64,000 nucleotides of DNA from Octopus sinensis (Eukaryota). The DNA is taken from the NCBI RefSeq assembly GCF_006345805.1, contig NC_043000.1, positions 147,684,001 to 147,748,000 of the forward strand, read 5' to 3'. Position 1 is the first letter of the stretch, and each line of letters starts with the position of its first letter. The notes beneath the pieces are model-generated. The model searched no databases and was not told the origin of the DNA. It worked only from the letters and a program-made list of their open reading frames with translations. Shown here piece by piece: positions 51,186 through 64,000 of the stretch. Made by a program: the position numbers and the translations under genes.

Positions 51186-51682
51186 GTGAGAGTCATACAA
51201 GCCATAAACAGATGTGTTGTTAGTAAGGAGAAAATTAGTAACAAATACAATAACAAATTTAGTATGCAGGTAGAGGAATTTGAGATTAGATATCCCTGGG
51301 GAATGCTATATGCTGATAAACTCATTCTTATTGCTGAATCTGTATTAGAATTGGAAAAGAAATTCCAGGTGTGGAAGCAAAACCTGGAATTAAACAGTTT
51401 CAAAGTTAACTTAGCAAAGTTTTAGTAAGCATGAAAACAGACAAAACTCTACATCAATCAAGGAAATAGTCTTGCTCAATGCAGAAAAAGAGTATGTAGA
51501 AATCTCATATGGTGTACTCAGTGCAAACAATAGGCTCAGAGGTGCAGTGGTTTCACAGGCAAATTAACAGAAAAAGTAGAATTTGTATATGACATAAGGG
51601 CAAAAGTAGTAAACATTAAAAGCATATGGCAAATAGACTTTCTCAAATGTCCAGGAGGACACCCAGATGTAGTAGATAGCTT

Positions 51683-52093
51683 GGATCTTTTCGGTTTGAA
51701 CGGTAGTTTTTAAAAATAATTTCCACATAACTAAACACTTTAAAACTTCGTATACTGGTAGAATGTGTTTATAAAACATCTTTTTCTCTTGCCTTTATTG
51801 AGAAAATTCTATAGTTTGTAAGATATTTGTTGTTGTTTTTCTTCAATTTCTGCAATTTCAATCAATCAATGACGTCTATTGAGGTGAAAAGATTCTCTGC
51901 CGTATGAAAATGTCCCTCGTTTAAGAAACAGATTGGGTTTATTTACATTTCTGAAGAAAAAAAGATATCCTTCCCCCCACCCCTAACCCTAAAACAGATT
52001 GAAATGCAATAGATCGATACTAGGGTCATAATTATGGGTGACAATTTCATATGACACCGCTAGAAAAAACTGCCGTTCAAACCGAAAAGATCC
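51683..52093. mobile_element. MITE with ~29-bp TIR (GGATCTTTTCGGTTTGAACGG) and 8-bp TSD GATAGCTT, probably Merlin-type, inserted in an RTE RT fragment (~51190-52190)
   Basis: TSD at 51675-51682 and 52094-52101; removal restores VVDSFCYL of RTE. Confidence 0.85.
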
Positions 52094-52194
52094 GATAGCT
52101 TCTGTTACCTAAGTGATCTAATAAGCAGTGGAGGAGGATGCTCTGAAATTACACACACTGGTTACTATGCTGGAAGTATGGACATGAGGTAATG

Positions 52195-52630
52195 GGTGCT
52201 TGGTACCAACATACACCAGAAATGGTAATGGATGAAAATGGGAACGCAAAGATCCTCTGGAACTTTGACTTCCAAACAGACAAGGTGTTAGAGTACCAAA
52301 GGCTGGATATAGCAACTTTTAGGACGGGCAAATAAGAGTGCCTAATAATTGATGTGGCAGTGTCGGGAGATCAACATATTATCATGAAAGAAAGAGAAAA
52401 GGTTGATAAATATGGAGACCTGAGAATTGAGATTGCCAAGATGTGGCAGCTGCAAGAGTCAGACATAAAGGTTGTTCCTGTTGTCATCAGAGCATTGGGT
52501 TCAATGCCACCCAACCTGAAGAAACATTTGAAAACTTTAAAAATACCCTACAATCTTGGGTGTATTGCAAAAATCAGCTTTACTTGGAAATTCACACATA
52601 CTGTGTAAAGTACTGTCTGAGGTGCTTGTT
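52195..52630 (+). mobile_element. R4/Dong-type non-LTR element C-terminal restriction-like endonuclease remnant
   Basis: WYQHTPE...KILWNFDFQTD...IIDVAVSGD...KEREKVDKYGDL...VVPVVIRALG. Confidence 0.8.
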
Positions 52631-55384
52631 GTGACTTGACAGACAGTACAAACCCCTATGTGTGCCTTCGTGGCTGTGTTTGTCCACCACCACTGCTTGA
52701 CAACTAGTGTTGTGCTTACCTTGGATTGTAGAGCGACCTGCTGTGCTTGAGGAGACCTACTGAGTCAAGTACATCAACATCAAAATAAAAATCAAATGGA
52801 AATTGTAGTTGTGATATACGTGCTGGTAGCACGTAAAAAGCACCAATCGATCATGGCAGTTACCAGCCTCCTCTGGCCCCTGTGCCGGTGGCACATAAAA
52901 AGCACCCACTACACTCACGGAGTGGTTGGCGTTAGAAAGGGCATCCAGCTGTAGAAACACTGCCAGATCAGATTGGAGCCTGGTGCAGCCTCCTGGCTTC
53001 CCAGACCGCGATTGAACCATCCAACTCATGCTAGCATGGAAAACAGACGTTAGATGATGATGATGATGATATATATGTGTGTGTGTGTGTGTGTGTATTT
53101 AAGCAAAAATAAAAGAGACTCATTGGCCTCACACTTAACAGAGTACTCAGGATGCATTTTATCGTGGACATCAGTACAAGAGTGATGAGAGGCAAGAGCA
53201 TGATGGATAGTAAGAGTTGGATAAATTGGTGAAGATGATTGAAGGATATTAATATCAAACAGCTAGGAGTGAAGTGTTGGTGAGAGTGTCAGATAAATAC
53301 CATAGCATTTTTAGTCACACTGGAAGCACTGCATAGTGAACAAAAGAGGTCCACTGCCATCGTTAGACACACCGGCTATAGTATAGTGAAGTTGAAAAGA
53401 GGGGGGTAGTGAAAGAGAAATTAGCAACAGGAGCTTGAGTATGAGGGACATTGGAGATGAAGACACAGGCGACAGAGTCATGGATGCTGGTGGAAAAAGC
53501 AAAAGATGAATTATAAAGAGATATGTGAAAGAGTGAGTAATAAGGGGTAGGTAGGGGTATTACAGGGATGAAGGTTATCAAAGAAGTCAATGATGAACAC
53601 TCTGTGGTATGCATTTATACATACATATACCTACATACACACATAGATATATGCCTAATGATACATCTCTCCCTCTCTCTGTATGTAGGTGTATGTATTT
53701 GTATGTATATATATACACACATGCCTCTATCAAATGGCTGAAACAAGTAAAAGAGTAAAAGAGAGAGCAAGAATAGGATGTAGGAAGATTCAGAGTGGTC
53801 TCTGCCACTTCAACAACTTTTCTGATGCTCATTTATCTTTCCATCTTTGTAGTAGTAATACACAATCCAAGCTGCCAAGAGAACACAGAACTAGCTAACA
53901 CACTTTTCCATTCTCTTGTCGATAGTATTTCAAACAATTGGTGTGGTAAAAACCCATGTTACTACTCCTACACCTTAAACTTCCCAGCCAAGCTACAGTT
54001 GTCAATAACAGTTAGTCCTGGTTTCAACTTGACCTTAATTTAAATACCCCTTTTGGCATCATTAACCCTTTTGTTACTGTATTTATTTTGAGATGCTCTG
54101 TGTTTCTTTCAATTACTTTAAATATAACAAAGAATTTAGTAAAATAACTTGGTTATCATTCAGCTAGTGTTTGGAGCGTAAATTGTGACTAAATTTTGGT
54201 GGAAGATTTTAATTCAAAACTTATGAAAACAAAACATTTGTACTACAGAGCCAGAGCCGGTTTCAGCCGGGTTGGTAACGAAAGGGTTGGCTATTACCTG
54301 AATTTTCTCACTTGCAATCTTTTTTTCGAATATAGAAACTAAAAACTTCTACTGAGAACAACCCTTTGATACCAGGAAGAGATAAACTGATGTTAAATAT
54401 CTCATACATGACACATGGAAATCTAAAGGCAAAGTTTTCAATGACACAAAGTTGCTAAATTAAAAAGGCATAAAAAAAAATAAAACCTGAAATTATTTTG
54501 TCAGATCCATTTCTTACGGGGTTATAGTAGAAACTAGAAAGGACATTTAAATTTAATTTATTTCAAACATGTTAAATGATAATAATTAATTTTAGCTGTT
54601 TTGTACAAAACAGAAAAAAAAAAAAATCATTGATTAATTAAATTTTGTATAAGCATGTGCATTTCAATTTATGGTAATGTTATCTTGCTAGCATTATAAC
54701 TTCTATGTACTGAGGAAATGCGTAAAACATAGTCCAGTGGTACTCGACAGTGAAGGAGCGGTTGCTTTTCATACGCATGCCAGGCTAAGACAATGAAATT
54801 AACGAACCTTTCCCAGGAACAAAACACTACAAATGTTCAAGTCCACTTGAGTCAATGGATCCGGCACCTTTTGTGCAACCATTCATCTGCTTCTTTAACC
54901 CTTTCGTTACTGTATTTATTTTGAGATGCTCTGTGTTTCTTTCAATTGTTTTAAATATAACAAATAATTTTGTAAAATAACTTAGTTATTATTAAGCTAG
55001 TGTTAGGAATGTAAGTTGTGACTAAAGCTTGGTGGAATATTCTAATTCAAAACTTATAAAAACAAGACATTTTACCACAGAGCCAGAGCCGGCTTTGGCC
55101 GGGTTAGTAACAAAAGGGTTAAGGAGCTGCAACATGATCACCCAACCTGATAGAAATAGCAGCCAAATCTCCTTTATAACACTGCTGTTATAAAAGTGAG
55201 AAAGATATATTTATTGAATAACGTAGTCTGAAATGTTTTATCTTTTACTTATTTCAGTCATGGTATGCTGGGTCACCTTTTGAAGGGTTTTAGTCAAACA
55301 AATCAACTCCAGTACTTATTCAGTCTCTATGCCAAACTGCTAAGTTACTGGATGTCTTGCAAACAACTTTCACATGCAAGTGCT

Positions 55385-55765
55385 ACCAGTTAAAAGCTCC
55401 ATTTACTGGAAGCTAGCAAGTGTATGGGGTCATCAGGAGAGAAAGCGCGCCGTTTCGGGGCCTACCTCTCGATGGCATCAATGTGCACCGGCCCCCCTCA
55501 CTGATATGAGGCCCCGCTTGCTAGATCAGCTGGTTATGAAGTTAAACTCAATATACTTCTAGCCATCGCTCATCGTCTCTTTTTAACCAAATCTAGTGGC
55601 TAGCCTTCTCCATTGTAGATTGGATATCAGTCATGGTGGTATTGACTTTACGATGAGTTAGGCCTAGCGATAACAACAGTCGTCTCACGCTGTGTCCAAC
55701 AAACCCTCTACATCCGACTTCGATAGGAAAATGTTCCGCTTTCCAGCCTGCGTCTTCACATTCCT
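55385..55765 (-). mobile_element. HERO/NeSL-type non-LTR element 3' end (RLE tail + 3' UTR)
   Basis: ECEDAGWKAEHFPIEVGCRGFVG...MEKASHWIWLKR. Confidence 0.72.
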
Positions 55766-57388
55766 TGAGGAACATAAACCAGCACTGATTGTTAAGCGGT
55801 GGGTGGGGAACACAAACAGATACACACACAATGGGCTTCCACACAGTTTCCATCTATCAAATTCACTCACACGGCTTAGGCTATAGTAGAAAATATTTGC
55901 TTAAGGTGCTTCTCAGTGGGACAGAACCCAAAACTATGCGGTTTGAAAGTGAGCTTTTTAACTACACAGCTATACCTGCACTCATGGTTGGAAACCACCC
56001 CAAACATGTTAGCCGTGGCTGGAATGCTATTGGTCATAGGTCTGATTAATAAGAGTTGATCTGGGATTAAACAACAATAGTACTATAGTTATAACTAATG
56101 TTATTCTTACCTCAACTACTCTAAATGCAACTTATCCATCTAACATAGGTTGACTGTTTCTACAAATTTCTAAAATTGCAAAGACTATCAGAGGAGGGTA
56201 TTTTATAGTTGTTTTAATGATCAACTGTTTGAATTATTTTTGAAAGTTTATCTTGTAATTTAACTGAAAATATTCATCCGGTTTAGTTTTAATTTATTAA
56301 ATTAATTATTTCCTTTACAATCAATAATGAAAGTAGTATAAAAAAATGTAACTTTATGTAGTAACTTGCCCCAAATAACCCAGATTCTTGACAAGCTTTC
56401 AAGAAGTTAAAATCAAAACATATAATTGCCAAACTCTGGGAAAGAGGTTCATGGTTATGCCAGGTAATGGTGTTAGCAAAGAATATGTTGGCTTATCAAG
56501 GAAATGACTTTCCAAGTGAGGTTTGGGTGGAATAGGAATGTATGCATCTCCTCACATACCAGTCTGCCTTCAATAAGCAGTCTACCTTATCAAATTAATC
56601 AACAATAAAAAAAGCAAATTATAAAACAAAAAGAAAAGGCTTCTTTGTTTAACATTGAAAGCTTAGTATGAGCCAACAATGGAGCCTCTATGTAGTCATT
56701 TGATTTGGCAGAAATAGCAACCAAATCTCTCTCAAATCACAGTTACGGTCTGAAGAAAGTGAAAGACATTAAATACTATAGTCTGAGAAACCCTAAAAAA
56801 AGATATGGTCACGGCTGGAATGTCTTTGCTCATTGTCATCATTTGGTCAGCTGGATATGGGCTGACCTGGGGTCAAACAACATTGACTAACAACTTAAAA
56901 ACATATGCATAAGAAGGAACAATTTCATTAAAATGCTGTTGTTTTTATCATTCTTTTACTTGTTTCAGTCATTGAACTACAGCCACGCTGGAGCACCACC
57001 TTGAAGGATTTAGTTGATCAAATCGAGCCCAGTACTTCTTTTAACACTACTATATATTTTACTGGTCTCTTTTTGCTGATATGCTGAGTTGTAGGGACAT
57101 AAACAAACTAACATGGGTGTCAAGTAGTGAAAGACAAACACAAACATGCACTACACACACATATACAGCAAGCTTCTGCACAGTTTCTGTCTACTAAATT
57201 CATTCACAAGGTATTGGCTAGCCTGGGGCTATACTATAGTCCTGGGCTGATCAAAATATCAAGTGATAGGCAGAAACTGAGAAAAGCCTGGTAATACTTA
57301 TGTATATATGTATGTATGTATGTATGTATATATGTATACATACATACATACGTACGTATGTATGTGTGTATGTATGTATGTATGCGTG

Positions 57389-57450
<62 letters not shown>

Positions 57451-57599
57451 ATATGTAATATATAAATCTCTCTCTGCACCTGTAAACTCTCTCCTCTACT
57501 AGCTCTCTCTATCCCCTCTACTTGCTCCCCTCCCTCTCTCAACTTACTCACCTCTCCTCTCATATCTCCATCATTCCTTCGCACTCTCTCTCTCTCTCT

Positions 57600-60180
57600 C
57601 TCTGCACCCGTGAACAAATCACATATATAATGACACACCACAAAGAAGGAGACAAATAGTGCAGCGAAGATGTTGAGAAACTGGAAGACTACTGAAATAG
57701 AAGTGCTTCTCAGAACTTGGGTGATAGCCAAAAATGATTCATCCAACAACCTTATTGTGGTACCCTTGAAAAGCAATGCATTTACCAGATCTATAGTGCA
57801 CATAGAGTGATATACAATGTGGATCTATCTGCTCCTGTGCACTCATCAGGCCTCACTTGGACAAACTGGATGTCATTTTAAACACAGAGAACAGTACCAA
57901 TGCTGAAGCCCTATGTGGAAAGCTCAATAAGGAAGGCAACAGCAAGGCAACCATCAACAAGATTATTCATGTTTGCCGAGATGAAGAAATTGAAAAAAGA
58001 AAGAAAATGAAAGCTCCTAAGAAAAACCACTTCTCAAAACAGCAGAAACGGTAAAGAAACCAACCAAAAGCCTGATGAAACAGAGTTCAGAGTTGAAAAG
58101 AAAACCACAGAAAGAAACAGCAAAAGAAAAAAGTGGTACATGAAGTATGTGTCATTAGTAAATTCTATCTAAAAGGTGTCTGGGGACAAACTGCCACATT
58201 GCACATCCAAATCTCAAGCAGAATGGAACCCATGGCAAAAAGCACTCTCCACTAAATCAACAAGACAGGATAAAACCATGACCAAAGAGACTTGTATCCC
58301 AATACAGACCAGCAGTGAAGAAGACCACTAAAGAGTTACAAGCAGATGCAGTGCAAGCTGCAACCATGGAATAGCAGAATTTTTTAAGTATGGAAAAAAA
58401 GAAGCTAGCATGATTGCAAACAAAACTAAGCCATGCACCCACACACACAAGACTACCACAAACAATATACCTAAGATGTTCATCATTGCTGTAAAGCTGA
58501 TCATCAAAATAATTCTTCTAATAAATATCAGATGAGTTACTAGAAGAAATGAAAGGGACTACTCCCTAGAGAAAAGGTATGAAAGATATGCATTGATATA
58601 TATATGGAAGATCCAGGAAGGTCTAGCTCATAACTTCAGAACTGAAAGCTATACCAAACACTGAACTGCACAGTGCTACATAGTACCAAAGATCAGTCTT
58701 CTCCATCTAGAATAAGGACCCAGTACCGAACCAGCTTAGTTTCTGCCAAGCAATCTCAAACATTTGTGAGGTGTAGATGTAGAGGCCTTCAGAGAGCATC
58801 TCCTACAAAACAACAGCAAAAATAAAATTGCATACCTGAAGGATCTTTCTGCATAAAATCAAGCAATATGCACTTATGGTGACACACCTGTCTGCAGATA
58901 TACACACACCAATGTATGCTGTATTCCATACATACAAGAGAAACAAGTCATGTGACGCCACCAAGGAGGAGCTGCCTCATACAGCTACTACAGTTTTATG
59001 ACTGAGTATGAAAACAGTAGCTCAACCACTCAAATCTGGATGTGATATATCTCGGCTTTGCCAAGGCTTTTGACAAAGCTGATCAGGAGATGATATGTCA
59101 CAAACTGCATGATCTTGGTATCACTAGAGAACTAGGAGAGTGACTGGATGACTTTTTAAAGGGCAAAAGCCAGACACTTGCAACCAATGGTTCGCTCTCT
59201 CTATCTCTCTCTTGGGAGACATCAGTTCTCAGTAGAGTTACACAAATAACTGTGCTGGAACCTCTACTTTTTGTGGTGGCTCTCTTAGAAATGTCCTCAG
59301 CCATACAAAAGTATCACAGGTGGTCCAGAGGCCTGATAATATATTAAAACTACAAAATGGCTTGAATGCAATATACAAGTAGGCTGATGAAAATGAGATG
59401 TAGTTCAATGCTGACAAGTTTCAAGCACCCCACTATCAGCCCACAAATAGACTACAATCAAAATACACAGGACCAGTGGGTAGTGCAATCCCAGAGTCAG
59501 TGTGTGAATGGGAATTCACATAAGTAATAATGCAACATTCTATGTACATATTACCAAAATGGCAACACTGTGCAGGTAAGTAGCTGGATGGATTCTTGAG
59601 ATTATTCAGAACAAAGAAAACAGACACCAAAAAATTTCATTCTCAGTTCTTTGGATCCTAACTACAATCACAGCAGAGCATCAAACAGGTAGGGGAACTT
59701 GAGGCAATCTGGTACCACTACACATAGAAAAGATAGACTCAGTGAAACAAATGAGTTACTAGAAGAAAGGGACTACTCCCTAGAGATAAAGTATGAAAGA
59801 TATGCATTGATATACACATGGAAGATCCAGAAAGGTCTAGCTCATAACTTCAGAACTGAAAGCTATACCAACCACTGAACTGCACAGTGCTACATAGTAC
59901 CAAAGATCTGTCTTCTCCATCTAGAATAAGGACCCAGTACCGTAACAGCTTAGTTTCTGCCAAACAATCTCAGACATTTGTGAGGTGTAAATGTAGAGGC
60001 CTTCAGAGAGCATCTGGACAAATTTTTATCTGAGACACCAGATGAACCCCCATCATGGCAAGAGGCACAAAGAAGAGCAGTTCTGTCCAACTTGCTACTT
60101 CACAAGAACCAATACAGGAAAGAAAACCAATAACACTCACAGGTGCTTCAGCATGGCCTGAACCACTGGCTAAAACCAGT
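57600..60180 (+). mobile_element. Heavily decayed CR1/L2-like LINE (ORF1-like and RT/3' segments)
   Basis: YLGFAKAFDKADQ (RT, ~59050), YSLE..YERYALIY.WKIQ.GL (C-terminus, ~59770-59850, duplicated at ~58560-58630). Confidence 0.6.
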
Positions 60181-60247
60181 AAAAGCTAATATATATATAT
60201 ATATATATATATATTAGCTTTTACTGGTTTTAGCCTGAGGTTCAGGC
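60156..60247. repeat. Near-perfect palindrome centred on (AT)n
   Basis: GCCTGAACC-act-GGCTAAAACCAGTAAAAGCTA-(AT)n-TAGCTTTTACTGGTTTTAGCC-tga-GGTTCAGGC. Confidence 0.95.
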
Positions 60248-60454
60248 AGCTTTCAAAATGTGACCTCGTGTGTACTGATGGCAATTTTTTTTCCTCTGTC
60301 TTCCCTTCTCTGGATCTTTCCTTCTCCTATGTTTCCGACGAAGAGCTCCGCTCGAAACGTTATACCCTCCTTCTTTACTGAGCGTCCAATAATACTATAT
60401 TTGTTCCACATCTTCGCGTTGTGTTTTTTTGTGCTTTCTTGTTTGGATTAACTT

Positions 60455-60501
<47 letters not shown>

Positions 60502-62954
60502 CAACAGAGTGGTTTAAAAAAAGATAAGTAAAAGATAGTTTGTTCTAATAGCATACTTTCTGTTAGTAAATGTCTTCTTATACACACATGGGGTAGGGGA
60601 TTAAAAATCTAAATTACAAAATTTTTTAGTTGTGGCTTAAATCTCTGCAATGGCCCACCACAGAGTACTCAGCAAGTGTGTGTGTGTATCATCAACATCA
60701 TCATCATTTAACATCTGTCTTCCATGCTAACACAGGTGAGAATATATATATATATACACATATACATCAATGGAAATTGCAGCTGTGATACCAGTGCCGG
60801 TGGTACGTAAGAGAACCATCCGAACGTGGCCGTTGCCAGCGCCGCCCTGACTGGCCTCGTGCCGGTGGCATGTAAAAAGCACCATCCAATTGTGGCCGTT
60901 TGCCAGCCTTGTCTGGCACCTGTGTTGGTGGCACGTAAAAAGCACCCACTACACTCAAGGAGTGGTTGGCGTTTGGAAGGGCATCCAGCCGTAGAAACAT
61001 TGCCAGATCAGACTGGGCCTGGTGCAGTCTTCTGGCTTCCCAGACCCCAGTTGAACCGTCCAACCCATGCTAGCATGGAAAGCGGATGTTAAACGAAGAT
61101 GATGATGATGATGATGATATATAAATAAATCAGAGACAGAAAAGAGAATTCATGAGATTCTTAATTCAAAATCACTACAACTGTTTTGACTCATTCTCAC
61201 ATCTATAACTCACAGGTGAGATGTTGAGTAGTCAGTTGTGTTGCATCACAGGTGGAGAGTGCACCTCCTCAAGTGACTCTTTAAACAAGTTCCTTGCTAT
61301 ATCTACTGGCAGTTACCTGTCTGAGAACTGCTAGAATGCCACAACTATCTAGCTTTCATTTCACTTTCTTTTATAATGTATCCACTCACAATGTTTTGGT
61401 TAGCTGAGGGCTATAGGAAAAGGTGCAATGCAGTGGGACTGAACCCAAGACCATGTAGTTGGGAGGCCAACTTCTTACCACACAGCCACAACTATGCCTT
61501 TTGCTAAAAGATGTAGAAAAAGACATACAAAATACATAGTCACAGGGTTTTTCAACTTTAATAGAAATAACGATAGAGTAACACTGGTGGTCAATGACAG
61601 CACTTTGGGAAAAGAAATTTTTGAGTGCAACAAAAAAATGTTGGCCAATCAAGTTTGCCAGTTTGGTGGAGACTGGATTAATGGAACTTTACAATGCTTT
61701 GTCCACTTATGACCACTTTCCATTGCTGGTTGGTCCTGATTTATACTTACATTTCTTTAAGAGTACCCAGAAAGCTTTAACATTATTACTGCATATACCA
61801 ATGGCAAGATCCAGAATATTATGGGAATGGTTTCGAATTTTAGGGATATGAGTATTCTTCACTTTCTATGATGAAAGTAATTTGAATGAGTGAAATACAA
61901 ATTAAATTATTGACTTTGCAACTTTTTCAAAACAGGGACAGAGACACAATGAGGATTTTTGCCTGGTTTTTTGACTTTGAGAAAAAAATATTTTTTACAA
62001 GTGTTCACTACCTTACAAAAACTAAAACGTGCTAAAAAAAAAACTATAGCATATTCAGAATGCTATTTCAGAAAACTATCTTTGTTCTCTTTGAGTGGAC
62101 AAAAGACAAATTTAGCTGGAGCAAAATGAGTAAGCCAAGATGAGGTAAATTTGCCTTTTCAATTCTCCAGAATTACATTTGAAAACAGACTCATACACAT
62201 CAATATCCATCCTTAGACATCAGAAAGATCAGAAATGCAACAAAAATTTTAAATATTTAGGTCAAATGAAAGAGGATCATGGAAAAATGGTACATGATAT
62301 GAAATTAAGAAAATGCAACTAAATCAGAAACTTGGCATAAATTATTCTCTATAGCTTCTTCATGATCTGTTGGAGTGCTTCTTTCCTGATATATTTATGC
62401 ACCATGCAGTTAAAGAGAAATTATTGAAATTACTCATTACTCATTTTACCCCATTTTAGGTGTCAGTTTTTTGAAAATTGAAAATGATCAAATTAGACAT
62501 TAGTGTGGAAAAAAATTGACTTGGAATCTAACAGAGAAAAGAATATTTATTGTTAAACACAAAAAAATATTCAGATATTTTATTAGCAACCTCAATTAGA
62601 ATCAGGCCAAAGTTGGGGAAAATTTTCTTGCAAAAAAAAGTACCTGTCACTTGACTATGTTAAAAACTCTCTCAACTTCAACAACTACTATGCTGACCAG
62701 TTTTGATTCGTAGAGATGATGCAACACATGCATCCGATAAGTAAGGAGAAAATAATGAGTTATCAGAAAGTACTCATTTTAACACAGTTACTAATTTTGC
62801 GTCCCCCACCTCCATAATTCAGATAAAAAAAATCAAAAGTAAAAATGAAGATGTTTTGGCCTGGTGCATATTTTGAAAGAAAGAAAAAGAAATGGAAAAA
62901 TTCATAAGAAATCTGAAAAAAAATTGTCAGAAAAATTTAGAGTTATAGGAGTGG

Positions 62955-64000
62955 GGACTTCTCTTCCTCCGTGTAACTCTGAGTCTCTTGGACGTCTGAA
63001 AGAGAAGCACCCACCAATACCCCCAGATAATCAACTAAACTGGCCCGATCCCCAGAATACTTGAGACCAGCCTTCACTTCTGATAAAATGAGAAAGGCGA
63101 TATCATCCTTCCCTGCTAGTTCAGGTGTGGGAATTGATGGTGGTATCTCTTTATCAGTGGGTGACACCGGACTTGAGCTCTTGGAAAAATTTGATGCAGC
63201 TTGTGAACCAGTTCTCTTCTGTGAACGTCCTACCCTCTATCTATCTACTATTCTTCGGTGCAAAATTATTTGGGTTCACTAAACCCAATGGAGACTTGTG
63301 CCCCGTTGCGGTTGGCTGCACCCTTTGCTGTCTCACTGCAAAGATGTGCTTACAATTGGTCTCTAGTTTATTGGAGGAGAAATTTTCCCCCACCCAGCTA
63401 GAAGTGGGCACCAAATTGGGATGTAAAGCTGCTGCTCACACTACCAGAGCTTATGCCAATTTACCCCCCTTGTCACCCAAGGTCATCCTCAAACTTGACC
63501 TTAAGAATACCTTCAAATCCATCAGCCACGATGCTGTCCTCAGCTCAGTAAGAGAGGTCCCACAACTATACCACTTTGCACGTCAGGCTTATCGGGAGGC
63601 CTACTATCTCTCTTTTGGTGACCATATCAGCACTCTGCCTCAGGAGTCCAACAGGGCAAACATCCCCTCCATCTTGGAACCATCGAGATTGTCCAGATAT
63701 GATGGGAAGAGACTTGACAGCCTCGATCTGTGCGCCTGGTTGCAAGGCAGATACCTTATTTGGGATGTCACAGTTGACGACTTCTTTGCTTCTTCTCACA
63801 TCCTGGATGCTGCGGTCAGGGCAAGATTCACAGCTTCTGTGACCGAGCAGAACAAAATTCTGAAATACCGCGATCTGTCGGCCAACTACATTTTCCATCC
63901 TGTGGCATTCAAGGTTTGGTGGGGGTCAGACCACTAGCTGCAAGATTCCTATCTTCACTGGCAATTCCCCTTGCAGAGACATCTGGTGAGGCTCGTGAGG
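62955..64000 (+). mobile_element. CRE-clade (RLE) non-LTR retrotransposon remnant, internally deleted, runs off the window end
   Basis: LKEKHPP, KAISSFPASSG.G.DG, KPNGDLCPVAVGCTL, SPTQL.VGTKLGC, KLDLKNTFKSISH (RT); EPSRL.R.DGKR.D...W..G..L.WDVTV.D (RLE). Confidence 0.82.

Noticed and set aside
51978-51993. Interstitial telomere (ccctaaccctaa)
   Set aside because: Only two units, internal to a MITE.
55405-55530. Hammerhead in the HERO-type 3' UTR (GAAAC and CTGATGA on the minus strand)
   Set aside because: The motifs are in an order needing a stem II between CCCC and CCCC, which cannot pair.
57234-57803. 189-aa ORF
   Set aside because: Largely microsatellite and (CT)-rich low-complexity sequence.

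Overview
Eukaryotic, AT-rich, repeat-saturated genomic DNA. The tRNA-derived SINE families, RTE 3' tails ending in (GAT)n and dense (TA)n/(TG)n microsatellites match what I recognise as octopus (coleoid cephalopod) DNA; this assignment is from recognition, not a search. One confident gene: a two-coding-exon HIG1-domain protein (HIGD1A-like, 96 aa, minus strand, 28638-28542 + 25179-24986). Two tentative, unidentified plus-strand exon sets lie at 285-3665 and 42609-46237. Most of the rest is decayed or non-autonomous mobile DNA: RTE, CR1, Penelope, Gypsy, Tc1, CRE/HERO/R4-type RLE retroelements, MITEs (piggyBac-, hAT-, Merlin-type), Helitron/Helentron-like elements and several SINE families. I found no CRISPR array, rRNA or genuine tRNA. 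The most interesting signal is a set of five minimal type-I hammerhead-ribozyme-like motifs. One follows a Penelope RT/GIY-YIG element and carries a compensated U3:A8 core. Four sit in short non-coding elements whose 3' ends abut (TA)n, often the (TA)n core of a SINE. Other notable structures are a ~400-bp-arm fold-back hairpin, two tandem arrays grown from the RTE 3' tail, and a local inverted duplication with a filled/empty SINE site.
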